A DNA stretch of 63,731 bases, filler included, from Deltaproteobacteria bacterium (GTDB taxonomy: Bacteria; JAEEML01), in the NCBI GenBank assembly GCA_016283195.1. It is 3 parts of 3 records of this genome, joined end to end, with 100 filler letters (N's around TTAATTAATTAA, not from the genome) between each part and the next. Parts side by side here need not be neighbours in the genome. Positions count along the whole stretch, not along the records: positions 1 to 31,588 come from JAEEML010000147.1; positions 31,689 to 58,826 come from JAEEML010000022.1; 1 more part is not named here. The stretch is one strand, 5' to 3'. The position numbers and the translations under genes are program-made. This document shows positions 30,882-40,571 of this stretch, in pieces. The notes under the pieces are model-generated. The model was given only the letters and a program-made list of their open reading frames with translations, did no database searches and was not told where the DNA came from. The first letter of the stretch is position 1; every line of letters begins with the position of its first letter.

Positions 30882-31165
30882 CGTCTTAATATTCCTGGAA
30901 GCGAATTGCAAAAGCTGTTGGAAGAGCGAAAAACCGCCTTTGCCTGCGGCGCCCACTCGGACCTCACCTCATAACTTATTGAATTTTTGTGAAAATTGCT
31001 GCCAGCTCGGACCTCTCCCCCGGCGCTAGCGCGCCACCCCCTCTCCCATGGAGCGAGGAGGTTATCTATCTGAATTTACATGCTTTTCATAAATAGCTAC
31101 CGAGCCCTAGTGCCGGGGCGGCCAGCCCCGGCTAAGCGGACCTCTCCTCCTCAAGTAATGGAAAT

Positions 31166-31588
31166 TGAACTGTACCCCATTTGGTAGACACATTCCCCTG
31201 AGGGGTAGCCGCCTTTCCCATGGTATCTAGTACGACATTTGAGAGACTCTGCTTCATATCCTCGTCCTATTTTTTATTCTTCCATAGAGTCATTGTCGCC
31301 TAAGTTCTCCTTATACCCTTTGGAGTATTTTCGCCTATTCTGTATTGGGTAAATCCCAGACAGTCGGTATTCATAATACTCTTTCGGGGATAGTTTTAGC
31401 AAATCCCATTGGTACCTTTCGTTGTTGTAGTATTCTATCCAGTCTTTTAATATTTTTTCTACCTCCTCATAAGTTTTACAACTCTTTATGATTGTTGCTA
31501 TTTCGTCTTTCATGTGCCCGAAGAAACTTTCCTGCGGTGCGTTGTCCCAGCAGTTGCCTTTCCGCGACATCGACTGCACAAACTTCTC
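31166..31588 (-). mobile_element. IS3-family insertion sequence, right end (integrase C-terminus 31274-31588 plus terminal inverted repeat), truncated by scaffold gap
   Basis: QSMSRKGNCWDNAPQESFFGHMKDE...YYNNER...SP.EY is the IS3/IS150 DDE C-terminus; end TGTCTACCAAATGGGGTACAGTTCA (- strand) finishing at 31166. Confidence 0.88.
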
Positions 31589-31688
31589 NNNNNNNNNNNN
31601 NNNNNNNNNNNNNNNNNNNNNNNNNNNNNNNNTTAATTAATTAANNNNNNNNNNNNNNNNNNNNNNNNNNNNNNNNNNNNNNNNNNNN
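31589..31688. other. Assembly gap with artificial TTAATTAATTAA linker
   Basis: N-runs flanking TTAATTAATTAA (31633-31644), stops in all six frames. Confidence 0.97.
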
Positions 31689-31781
31689 CTCTGGACCAGC
31701 TGGCCCCTGCTCGCCGGCACCGCCGCAGGCAGCTAGGGCTAGAGTTAACACTACTGAGACTAAGACTTTACACTTCTTCAT
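31689..31781 (-). CDS. N-terminus of a lipoprotein with collagen-like G-X-Y start, truncated by gap (not in ORF track)
   Basis: AGGAG RBS then MKKCKVLVSVVLTLALAACGGAGEQGPAGPE running into Ns; lipobox LAAC. Confidence 0.7.
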
Positions 31782-32165
31782 ACTGCGCTCCTTGTGCCAA
31801 TGGGCACGGAAAAATGGTTTAGGTATTTTAATACCTAATATACAGGGTACCCTGTAAAATTTTGAAAAATTAGCGCGATCCCTCCGCCTGCGGCGGGCGC
31901 CTAAAACTACTGAACACTAGCCAGGTGCCGGTGCGGCCAGCCCTGGCTAAGCCGGAGGCGGCTACCCAGATCTGGTCTCAAGTGTGACCTCTTGTTTTTA
32001 AGACAAACAAGAAGATATATATTTCGTAAGATGTCATAAATAAAGCTATTTTTATTGAATAACCTTGGCCCAGAGGGGCCTGGTCGTGCAAAGGAGAAGG
32101 GTTCGTTTACAGCGAAGATAGTGGCGGTGGTTTTGGGGGAGGGGAGAGTTACTAAAAATCAGCGC

Positions 32166-33263
32166 TTATTTGCATAAGCCGGTGGCTTTGTTGCAGCCAT
32201 TTTTACATTCAACGGAATCTTGTGAATCAAATCTAAGCCAGCTGGAGTTATTGGGAGCTACATAATGGCGCCCTTTATCGGTATTGGCACAGGCTTTAAC
32301 CAGAGTTGATACCTCTTTGTTATTTTTGTTTTCGCATACCCAAATATCACCGCTGCACTCTTTTTCCTTAGAATCAATGCATGCAACACCTTTGCCGTCT
32401 CCAAAACGAGCTGTATTTAAGGCAAAAGCTACTTCCAAATTTTCCGGGCAAGTAAATTTCGCGACTTTACCAATATCTTCAACATCTTTATCATTTTCAT
32501 CTTCAATATATTGGCAATAAAGAGCGCTTTTATTATTTTCAATGCGCCTGGGGACAAAATCAGCATGCACACAAATGTCGTTTTCTTGGGCTTTGGCACC
32601 GATATCGTCATCATATTGGGTGCATTCTAATGCTTTATTGTCACCTATATGGCAGTTAGCACAAATTCTGAGTGCACCAAGTGTTTCAATAGTGAATTTT
32701 TGGTTATCAAGAGCCACACAATCAGAAAATTCGCCTACAAGATAACCTTCATCAATCCAGGTAGTCATTATTTCATCAGGCAGATCTTCGACAAATTCGC
32801 TACCGGCGCCGCCGCACACCTCGGTAGCACTGTCAATGTTATAATCTTGCCAAGCTTCATCGCAGGAATCAAAAAACATATCTTCATGAACACATTGAGC
32901 AAATTTAAAGTTTTTATATGTTTCAGTATGGCAAGAAAAATCAGTACCGCACTCGGCTTTAACTAATATTCCGTCGCCGCAAAAAAGCAAATTCTTGCCT
33001 TGGTCATCACAAATATAGCCGAGTAAATTAGAACATTGGTCACCCTCTTTAGTGGGAGTAAAGGGCGGAGGCAGGCTATCTGCATCGCTTTTGGCGTCGG
33101 CATCGCTTTGGGCATCGTTATTGTTTTTTTGATTATTGCCGGGATCTTTTTGGGAATTTTGCTTATTCTCATCTGATGTTTTTTTGGGGTCCTCTTTGCA
33201 AGCTCCCAGCGAAAGTGCCAGGGCCAAGCTCAGAAAGAAAATTTTGCTGCTCAGTTTCTTCAT
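32166..33263 (-). CDS. Cys-rich hypothetical lipoprotein
   Basis: Lipobox LGAC, low-complexity N/Q/D linker, many Cys, ends ECKNGCNKATGLCK. Confidence 0.75.
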   Translation of the reverse strand: MKKLSSKIFFLSLALALSLGACKEDPKKTSDENKQNSQKDPGNNQKNNNDAQSDADAKSDADSLPPPFTPTKEGDQCSNLLGYICDDQGKNLLFCGDGILVKAECGTDFSCHTETYKNFKFAQCVHEDMFFDSCDEAWQDYNIDSATEVCGGAGSEFVEDLPDEIMTTWIDEGYLVGEFSDCVALDNQKFTIETLGALRICANCHIGDNKALECTQYDDDIGAKAQENDICVHADFVPRRIENNKSALYCQYIEDENDKDVEDIGKVAKFTCPENLEVAFALNTARFGDGKGVACIDSKEKECSGDIWVCENKNNKEVSTLVKACANTDKGRHYVAPNNSSWLRFDSQDSVECKNGCNKATGLCK

Positions 33264-33397
33264 TACATACTCCTTAAACAATTGCTTGAGCGGTCTTTAT
33301 TGACCTTGACTCAAAATTTACTAAATTATTCTATTTTTTTGTCAAATTGTCTAATAACTTTATAAAATTAAAATAAAAATTAAAAAGTGCTCGGTTC

Positions 33398-34042
33398 TTA
33401 ATCGGCACTATTTAGCGCATAGCGCCCAATAACCCGCTCCTCATTCCAGGGAAAAACGCGCTCGCATACTTTGTGGTAACCGGCTTTTTTAGCGCCGCTA
33501 TCGTTTTTTTCCATAATATTTGGCACCGACCAGGTGATAACAGCACTGGGCCTGGGAGAAAAAGCGGCCAGCTTTTTCCAGAGCTCGTCCGGCGGAAAAA
33601 CAGCCCGCTGAATAAGGGCATATTCACCTTTAGGCAAAGCGGCTGTCTCAAGGCGCTTTTGCTGAATTTCTATATTCTTAAGGGCTGTTTCGTTTTTTGC
33701 CTTTTCTAAAAACAGCACTCTGAGGCGCCGGGGCTCAATGAGGTAGAATTTTTTATCAGGGAGCGCTGCCGCCAGCGGAAAACCGGGAAAGCCGGCACCG
33801 CTGCCCACATCTACTACCGCCTTTTCTTCTACACACCCCAGTGCCGCCAGCGAATCGGCATAATGATTTTGCACAATTTCGCTAAAAGTGGCGTTTTTGC
33901 TTATAAGATTTGTTTCGTGTTTCCATTTTTCCAAAGTGGCAAAGTGGCTGTAAATGGCGCCTAACGCACTATTCGGCAGAGTCAGATTAAGTGCCGCCAG
34001 ATATCCTGCCAGCTCATTAGTAAATTCTTTTATATTTTCCAT
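33398..34042 (-). CDS. rsmG: 16S rRNA m7G527 methyltransferase
   Basis: W...NLIS, HYADSL, DVGSGAGFPG, IEPR..R..FL, QRAV. Confidence 0.9.
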   Translation of the reverse strand: MENIKEFTNELAGYLAALNLTLPNSALGAIYSHFATLEKWKHETNLISKNATFSEIVQNHYADSLAALGCVEEKAVVDVGSGAGFPGFPLAAALPDKKFYLIEPRRLRVLFLEKAKNETALKNIEIQQKRLETAALPKGEYALIQRAVFPPDELWKKLAAFSPRPSAVITWSVPNIMEKNDSGAKKAGYHKVCERVFPWNEERVIGRYALNSAD

Positions 34043-34154
34043 AAGTTTTCTCGCTTAATTGTAGGTGTGATGTTGTAATGGTCTATGCACACCCAGGCGT
34101 GTGGTATAGCATATTTGGCCTTTCATTTATGACAATTTTGGCATCAGCTATTTA

Positions 34155-35735
34155 CTATAAGCTAAGGTTAAATTCTTCTATCTGGCACTCGTGCGTCTTA
34201 TTCTTTTCATCATAATTCACGCCGATAAAGAGGAGATTGCCACTATAGCCATTTAAAGAGGCAAAATATTTTTTCTCTCTTATCTGGCTGAGCGCCGACT
34301 CAGTGGAGCTATTTCTCTTGAGCTCAATTATCATGGCTGGCAAATTTTGCACAAAGGGGATAAAGACCACATCGGCAAAGCCTTTGCCGGTGGTCATCTC
34401 TTTGATAATTGTGTATTTATTTAGAGCATATATGTAAGAGAGGTAAATAGCGCTCTGGAGAGCATCTTCGTTATTGTAACTCCGGTTACTGGTTACATGA
34501 ATATGGCTCTCATCGAGGGCGAGAGCCACCGCTTCGCTGTTTTTCCTTAAAGTCTCTTCCAAAAGTTCGCGTGATGATTCAATAATATGGTTAGTCACCG
34601 CGTAATCGTCATTGGCTTCGATAGCGTTAAACCACTCCTGGCGCACCTCTTTATTAGGTATGCGGCAGCTGCTATCTTCGCGGTTATAAGCCAAATAGCC
34701 CACATGGATGAGGTAAGTAAAAGCGTCGCCCCGGGTAGAAAAATCGGTCATAGTATTCATGTAGCGGGTGACATTTACCGGCACATTTTCCCCGGCCAGC
34801 ATTTTTATGACATCATCTTTCATGCCGGCAAAATTGGCCTGAATACGGTCACTTATGACCGCATAAGTGGAAGTTTTACCCCAATAATTATCGAAAATGC
34901 CTTCTTCTAAGGAGCGCACTACCGACTCCGGGTTATATATTTCAAAACCGCGCTGCTTATAGCCGTCGTACCAGCGCTTGCACTCGGCAAAAGAGACACT
35001 ATATTTGGCGCAAAGCTCCTTTACTTCACTCTCGGTAAAACCGATAAATTCCGCCAGCGACCCGCCGTCCAAAATGGTAAATTCCCTAAAATTATTGAGT
35101 TTTGACTGCACTCTGTCGCGCACTATGGGTAAAATACCGGTTAAATAAGCAAAGTGGATAGCCGGGCGCACCGTGTCGCTCTTAAAGAGGCCATTTAAAA
35201 AATTAAGATATTTGGTAAAAAGAGCAGGCGAAATTTCTTCACGGATTAAAACATCGTATTCATCCATGATTATAACAAATTTTTCACCTGTTTGCTTATA
35301 AATAGCCAGTATACCATCAGCCAGAGGCATATTCGCCTTAATGCCCGCCCCAGGAAATTCCGCCACCATTTCAGCTAAAATTTTATCTGTTATCTCGTTT
35401 ATAAGCTCTTCCGGCTGGCGCGTATTGCGAAATTCGCTATTTATATCCAGCTTTATTACATTGAATTTATTTAGATTTTCCAAAAAGCCTTCCCAGCCGG
35501 ATATTTTTAAGGGTTTAAAGAGCTCACGGGAATCACAACCTTTGGAGTAGTAAGCTGAGAGCATATTGCCGGCGATGGTTTTACCAAAGCGGCGCGGGCG
35601 CGAGACGCAGAGATAAGTGGTGTCCATAGAGGCGAGCCGCTCCACCTCGGCAATCATCATGGTTTTATCAACATAAATGGGAGCCCGCAGGGTGCGGCGG
35701 AAATTGTCGTTACTTGGATTCAGATAGATGCCCAT
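34155..35735 (-). CDS. AAA-ATPase-like domain plus PD-(D/E)XK nuclease protein
   Basis: YVDKT, RPRRFGKT, IIMDEYD, YLTGI, WYDGY, IYNP; C-terminal GFADV...IIELK..A..QI..K.Y. Confidence 0.9.
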   Translation of the reverse strand: MGIYLNPSNDNFRRTLRAPIYVDKTMMIAEVERLASMDTTYLCVSRPRRFGKTIAGNMLSAYYSKGCDSRELFKPLKISGWEGFLENLNKFNVIKLDINSEFRNTRQPEELINEITDKILAEMVAEFPGAGIKANMPLADGILAIYKQTGEKFVIIMDEYDVLIREEISPALFTKYLNFLNGLFKSDTVRPAIHFAYLTGILPIVRDRVQSKLNNFREFTILDGGSLAEFIGFTESEVKELCAKYSVSFAECKRWYDGYKQRGFEIYNPESVVRSLEEGIFDNYWGKTSTYAVISDRIQANFAGMKDDVIKMLAGENVPVNVTRYMNTMTDFSTRGDAFTYLIHVGYLAYNREDSSCRIPNKEVRQEWFNAIEANDDYAVTNHIIESSRELLEETLRKNSEAVALALDESHIHVTSNRSYNNEDALQSAIYLSYIYALNKYTIIKEMTTGKGFADVVFIPFVQNLPAMIIELKRNSSTESALSQIREKKYFASLNGYSGNLLFIGVNYDEKNKTHECQIEEFNLSL

Positions 35736-35882
35736 AGCTACCTCCGGCGGCGCAGTATAGCAAATTAGCTAAAGGCTTGGAAGAGGCCGGCAAGTAAGGC
35801 TCCTAAAAATCCCGTTCTCCCCAAAAAATCGCAAAAAAGTGAAAAAAGTTTTTTGCACTATCGTAATCTGATAGTCTTATCC

Positions 35883-36635
35883 TCACCGTATCCAGAACGA
35901 CACGCCGCTGATGACAAAATCGAGCACTAAAATGAGCAAAATCGCATAAATTACCGCTTTGGTGGTGGCTCTGCCTACGCCGATGGATCCGCCGTGGGCC
36001 TTTAGGCCAAAGTAGCAGGCAATGGCTGTCATGGTGACGCCGTGCACATGAGCTTTATAAAGGCCGCTTATCACACTGTGCCCTTTAACGAAGCGCAAAG
36101 AAAAATAGCTCTCATAGCCAATGCCAAAATTGGCGTGAGCCACCATGCCGCCCACAAAAAAGGAAAGAGCTACGCCGTAAATGGCAAGGAGCGGCGAGAT
36201 AACAGCTCCGGCCAAAACGCGCGGGGCCACTAAATAAGAGAGTGGATCGCCGCCGCAGAGGCGCAGAGCATCGGTCTGCTCGGTCACCTTCATGGTGGCC
36301 AGTTCGGCGGCAATACCGGTGCTCACTCTGGTGGCAATGATGACACTGCCGCAAGTAGGTGCAAAAATATTTATTAGTGTTTCAAGGTAGATAGGCCCAA
36401 TCATCGAGAGGTCGGCAATCATCTTTTTAGCTTCGTTGCAGGCCATGGTAATGAGGATAGCCCCCAAAAAAGCCATGGTGACCGAGTAGAAAAAGAAGGA
36501 ACGGTTGCCGATATTAAAGGCCTGAAATACTATTTCCCTAAAAGATATTTTTCCTTTGAATAAATCACTGAGTAATGAGCAGATAATGAGCGTAACATGG
36601 CCGATTTTTTGCAAAAAAGAAGTAATTATCTTCAT
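35883..36635 (-). CDS. mlaE: MlaE-family ABC transporter permease
   Basis: IAAELATMKVTEQTDAL...DPLSYLVAPRVLA, GVGRATTKAV. Confidence 0.85.
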   Translation of the reverse strand: MKIITSFLQKIGHVTLIICSLLSDLFKGKISFREIVFQAFNIGNRSFFFYSVTMAFLGAILITMACNEAKKMIADLSMIGPIYLETLINIFAPTCGSVIIATRVSTGIAAELATMKVTEQTDALRLCGGDPLSYLVAPRVLAGAVISPLLAIYGVALSFFVGGMVAHANFGIGYESYFSLRFVKGHSVISGLYKAHVHGVTMTAIACYFGLKAHGGSIGVGRATTKAVIYAILLILVLDFVISGVSFWIR

Positions 36636-36649
36636 AGCAAAAGCGCCTT

Positions 36650-38041
36650 TTAGCTTTCATCATCTGGGCGTTCATCGCCCAGGCGCCGGTAGATGGTGCG
36701 AGCATTTATGCCCAAAATGCCCGCCGCTTTGCGCTTATCGCCGCCGGTGCGCTTAAGAGTTTCGCGGATGAGCAAATCTTCTACTTCATCAAGCTTCATG
36801 CCAAAGGGAATTTTTATAATATTTTCATCATCTTGTGACAATGGCCTGTGACCGGAAGCTTTAAGGGCCGGTGGCAAATCATTGGGAGTAATAAGCCCGC
36901 CCGGCTGGGCCAAAGCCAGAGCTCTTTCAATAACATTGGCTAATTCGCGCACATTGCCAGGCCAAGTGTAACTCTCTAATATATCTATAGTATTTTCCGC
37001 AATGGTTACATTTTTATTATAACGCTTGGCAAAAAGATCAACAAAATGGGCGGAAAGCGGAGCAATATCCATCACTCTGTCGCGGAGCGGCGGCAAATGC
37101 ACACTAACTACGTTCAGGCGATAGAAAAGATCTTCTCTAAAACGCCCTTCGCTGACAGCTTTATTTAGATCAATGTTGGTGGCGGCAATAATGCGGGTTT
37201 TTACAGTGATGCTCTTTTGCCCGCCTACCCGCTCAAAAGTGCCGTCTTGCAAAACGCGCAAAAGGCGCACCTGCAGGGCCGGCGACATCTCGCCTACTTC
37301 ATCCAAAAAAAGCGTACCGCCATCGGCCCGCTCAAAACGCCCGACATGGCGTTCAATAGCTCCGGTAAAAGCGCCTTTTTCGTGGCCAAATAGCTCGCTT
37401 TCCAAAATATTTTCCGGCAGGGCCGCACAGTTTACCGCCACAAAGGGGCCGGCGGCAAATTGCGAATTATCATGGATAATATGAGCAAATACCTCTTTAC
37501 CGGTGCCGCTTTCGCCGGTTAGCAAAATGGTGACATCGGTAGCCGCCGCCTGCTTTACTGTCTCCAAAAGGCGCTGCATATTGGCGCTGGCAAAAACCGG
37601 CTTATCCTGGTCACCTGTGGCTATTTTAAACTTAAGTGCTTTATTTTCTTTAATAAGTTCTTTGCGGCCTATGGCCAGATTTACCGCTTTTACTACTTCC
37701 TGACGCTTTAAGGGCTTGGTAATAAAATCGGCGGCGCCCCCTTTAAAAACCTCCCCGGCGGTGTCTATGGTGCCGTAGGCCGTCATGACGATGACGTCTA
37801 AGTCGGGGTGATTCTTTTTTAAGGAGCGCAAAAGTTCCATCCCGCCCAGGCCGGGCATGAAAAGGTCGGTCAGAACAATATCCGGTTCGCTGTTTTCAAT
37901 AGAAACTAAGGCCTCTTCGCTACTGGCGGCGGTGGTGACGGTAAAATTCTCTTTTTTAAAGATTTTTTCCAGAGAGCGGCGTATTTCCTCCTCGTCATCA
38001 ACAATAAGAATATGGGGAAATACTGAGGAATTATCGGCCAT
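36650..38041 (-). CDS. Sigma-54-dependent response regulator (NtrC family: REC, AAA+, Fis-HTH)
   Basis: ILIVDDE, TDLFMP, GESGTGKE, ESELFGHEKGAFTGA, FLDEV, FREDLFYRL, WPGNVREL, C-terminal HTH. Confidence 0.95.
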   Translation of the reverse strand: MADNSSVFPHILIVDDEEEIRRSLEKIFKKENFTVTTAASSEEALVSIENSEPDIVLTDLFMPGLGGMELLRSLKKNHPDLDVIVMTAYGTIDTAGEVFKGGAADFITKPLKRQEVVKAVNLAIGRKELIKENKALKFKIATGDQDKPVFASANMQRLLETVKQAAATDVTILLTGESGTGKEVFAHIIHDNSQFAAGPFVAVNCAALPENILESELFGHEKGAFTGAIERHVGRFERADGGTLFLDEVGEMSPALQVRLLRVLQDGTFERVGGQKSITVKTRIIAATNIDLNKAVSEGRFREDLFYRLNVVSVHLPPLRDRVMDIAPLSAHFVDLFAKRYNKNVTIAENTIDILESYTWPGNVRELANVIERALALAQPGGLITPNDLPPALKASGHRPLSQDDENIIKIPFGMKLDEVEDLLIRETLKRTGGDKRKAAGILGINARTIYRRLGDERPDDES

Positions 38042-38877
38042 TAGCAACTCGCTTCACCGCTGAAAACCAGGCGGGCCGGGCCGCACATTTCCATGTTACC
38101 GCTAGCAAGGCGCTTAAAAGTTAAGAGGCCGCCGGGGAGCTTTATCGAGAGCTCGTCTTTTGGAGCGTTAAAGCGATCCATCATCAAAGAGGCTACCGAT
38201 GTGGCGCCGGTGCCGCAGGCCAAGGTAATGCCGCAGCCCCGTTCATGCACCACTACTTCGTATTCTTTAGCGGAAATTTTCTTTACAAATTCTACATTGG
38301 TTTTGGCCGGGAAAATAGGCAAATGTTCTAAAAAACTGCCGTAATTTTCAGCCCATAGCTGCGGATCGTCATCTGGGTCGAGCAAAATTATAGCATGGGG
38401 ATTGCCAGCTGAGGCCGGGTAAATTTTTACTGTTTTTCCGTCTGGCAGTTTACTTTCGACAAAACCATCTTCATTTACCTGTGGCAAATTGTCGGCAGCA
38501 TAAGCAATTGTCCCCATATCCACCGTCACCATAGCTTCCACGGCCGATTTTACCGCCACATGCACGTTTTTTACTCCGGCGTCGGTGATAATTTCCATAT
38601 TTGGCGAGTCGCTCCAGCCAAAACGATAGGCATGATAAGCCAGGCAGCGAATGCCGTTGCCACACATTTCGGCCAAAGATCCGTCGGAGTTATAGATAAT
38701 CATGCGGGCGGTCATATCAGGGTGCGGTGAGGGTAAAAGCACCAAGACGCCGTCGGCGCCGATGCCAAAGTGGCGATTGCAAAGGAGCCGGGCCAAAGGG
38801 CCGCTCATGCTGTGCGCTGCCGAGCCTTCAACTAAAATGAAATCATTTCCTAAACCGCTATATTTATAAAAGTGCAT
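38041..38877 (-). CDS. dapF: Diaminopimelate epimerase
   Basis: KYSGLGNDF, GIGADG, AEMCGNG, GNPH, ERGCGITLACGTG. Confidence 0.96.
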   Translation of the reverse strand: MHFYKYSGLGNDFILVEGSAAHSMSGPLARLLCNRHFGIGADGVLVLLPSPHPDMTARMIIYNSDGSLAEMCGNGIRCLAYHAYRFGWSDSPNMEIITDAGVKNVHVAVKSAVEAMVTVDMGTIAYAADNLPQVNEDGFVESKLPDGKTVKIYPASAGNPHAIILLDPDDDPQLWAENYGSFLEHLPIFPAKTNVEFVKKISAKEYEVVVHERGCGITLACGTGATSVASLMMDRFNAPKDELSIKLPGGLLTFKRLASGNMEMCGPARLVFSGEASC

Positions 38878-38936
38878 TTAAGCCTCCTAATAAAGCGATA
38901 TAAACTTATGGCGAAAATTAGGCAATCTTTTTAAAA

Positions 38937-39485
38937 TTACTCTGCAAATTCAGCTTTAATTCCTAATAGTTCTAGTGTTTTTGCTATTACTTTCTGTCCA
39001 TATTCGCGCGCTTTTTGGCGGTTTTCCGCACTATCGAAAGTTTGCCTGATGCGGCTAGCTACAAAGCCTTTAATTTTGTCATTAGCCGCACTTGAACGCT
39101 GCCCGGCCCAAAAGGCTTCGTCATCGCTGTAAAAAGGCGTTTTTTGGGTTGAGCAATAGACTTTAGGGGCGGGCATGGTGACTTTTATTATCGGTCCGGC
39201 CGCGCTTATCTCCGGTTTATAACTTACTTTTTCCAAATCAAGCAGGTAACTGCAACGGGCTTTCACTACTTGCACGGCATAGTGATTGGCAAAGGTTCCT
39301 TCCAATATCTCGGAATCAAAATCTTCCAAAAGGGCACTTAAAACATAGAGCTCCCCGCGCGGGCGCACTGCCTCAATGCGGGTCATGGTATTCTCCAAAA
39401 TTAAAGCGTCATCCGGCAGAGAAGGGCCGCAGCTTCCTAAAAAAACACCAAGAAAAATAGCAAGATAGATATACATATTTTTCAT
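38937..39485 (-). CDS. DUF4230-like lipoprotein
   Basis: Lipobox LGSC; LDLEKV, VTMPAP, KAREYG..I..LELLG pattern. Confidence 0.6.
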   Translation of the reverse strand: MKNMYIYLAIFLGVFLGSCGPSLPDDALILENTMTRIEAVRPRGELYVLSALLEDFDSEILEGTFANHYAVQVVKARCSYLLDLEKVSYKPEISAAGPIIKVTMPAPKVYCSTQKTPFYSDDEAFWAGQRSSAANDKIKGFVASRIRQTFDSAENRQKAREYGQKVIAKTLELLGIKAEFAE

Positions 39486-40114
39486 TGGCGCACCACCACG
39501 ATTACCTTTTCATAGCCCAGGCTTTTTAAGAGGCTTTCAAAAAAAAGCTGCGCATTGCGCCGTACCTCGCCGCCTACTTCGCCTAAAATATTTTCTTTTA
39601 AAACAGCCTCATAAGCGGCAAAACGCACTTTTTCTTTAAGCTCATGGCCAACTTTTGAAGAAAGTAAAGAATTATAGCACATGGCTTTGGTTGAGAGATT
39701 CAGGCCATAGTCATGGTCGATGAGTTCCGGTGGCGGGAGAGATACTTCTATTTCCTTGTTATCTAAAGAAATTTTAATATCTTTGGGACTTAGGCTCAGC
39801 ATATTAAAGCCGTATTTAAGATTAACTTCCACCGGAATTACGCAAAAGCGGTCACCTAATTTCCAACTGGAGGGATTATTAAGTAAAACCTGCTCACTTT
39901 CTTTGGAATCGTAAAGGCCCAGCTTGCGTACTGTAACTTCTGTGGTTACCAAATCGGCACTTTCCCGGAGTTTCGCTACTACCTGCGACGGCTCCAAGGC
40001 TTTCTTTTTTAAGGCTTTTTGTTTGGCCATATAGCTATAGGTAAATGGGCCTAAGGCAAAGGTACCAACCAAAAGGCCGAGGATAAAAGAGATAATGGCC
40101 AAAATTTTTTTCAA
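39482..40114 (-). CDS. DUF4230-family membrane protein
   Basis: N-terminal TM; LVTTEV, LKYGFNM, VSLPPPE, NAQLFFESLLKSLGYEKV. Confidence 0.72.
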   Translation of the reverse strand: MKKILAIISFILGLLVGTFALGPFTYSYMAKQKALKKKALEPSQVVAKLRESADLVTTEVTVRKLGLYDSKESEQVLLNNPSSWKLGDRFCVIPVEVNLKYGFNMLSLSPKDIKISLDNKEIEVSLPPPELIDHDYGLNLSTKAMCYNSLLSSKVGHELKEKVRFAAYEAVLKENILGEVGGEVRRNAQLFFESLLKSLGYEKVIVVVRQ

Positions 40115-40140
40115 GTGCCGCTCCTTGGGCGCAGTTTTTA

Positions 40141-40560
40141 TTAATCGCTACTGCCGTCGGCGCTGTTCTCAACAACTGTTACAGTTACATAATCCGGTTC
40201 GCTTTCGCGGTCTCCAGCTGTTACCACCAGAGAAAAGACATATTCACCGGCGCTGTGGACAGTAAAAAAAGGTTGCTCGGTTTCGGGATTCCTAAGAGCC
40301 ACGCCAAAATTGGTCTTTTCCGGCTTGCTCACTATATTCCACTTGTAAGCGAGCTCTTCACCCAGCGGATCGCGGCTGGCAGAGCCGTCAAGAGGTTGCG
40401 GCTGATTATAATCTTTGCAAAGAGCCGGGCAAACAAACTTAAGATCACTACCGGCATCGGCTATCGGCAAGAGCCTGGCTCCGTTGTCATATTCTCCATA
40501 GCAAGAGGGAAAGAAAAGCGGTGCCAAAAAAATAGCAAATAATTTAGCCTGCTTATTCAT
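40141..40560 (-). CDS. Lipoprotein with PKD/Ig-like domain
   Basis: FPSC lipobox; PIADAG, LDGSASRDP.G..L.YKW, GEYVFSLVVT. Confidence 0.8.
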   Translation of the reverse strand: MNKQAKLFAIFLAPLFFPSCYGEYDNGARLLPIADAGSDLKFVCPALCKDYNQPQPLDGSASRDPLGEELAYKWNIVSKPEKTNFGVALRNPETEQPFFTVHSAGEYVFSLVVTAGDRESEPDYVTVTVVENSADGSSD

Positions 40561-40571
40561 GATTCCTCCTA

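Noticed and set aside
31633-31644. TTAATTAATTAA palindrome (also at 58871-58882) as a biological site
   Set aside because: Embedded in N-runs of identical layout; an artificial contig linker
31784-31800. GG-N10-GC sigma-54-like match upstream of the collagen-like ORF
   Set aside because: Overlaps the RBS; the predicted start site would fall inside the coding sequence
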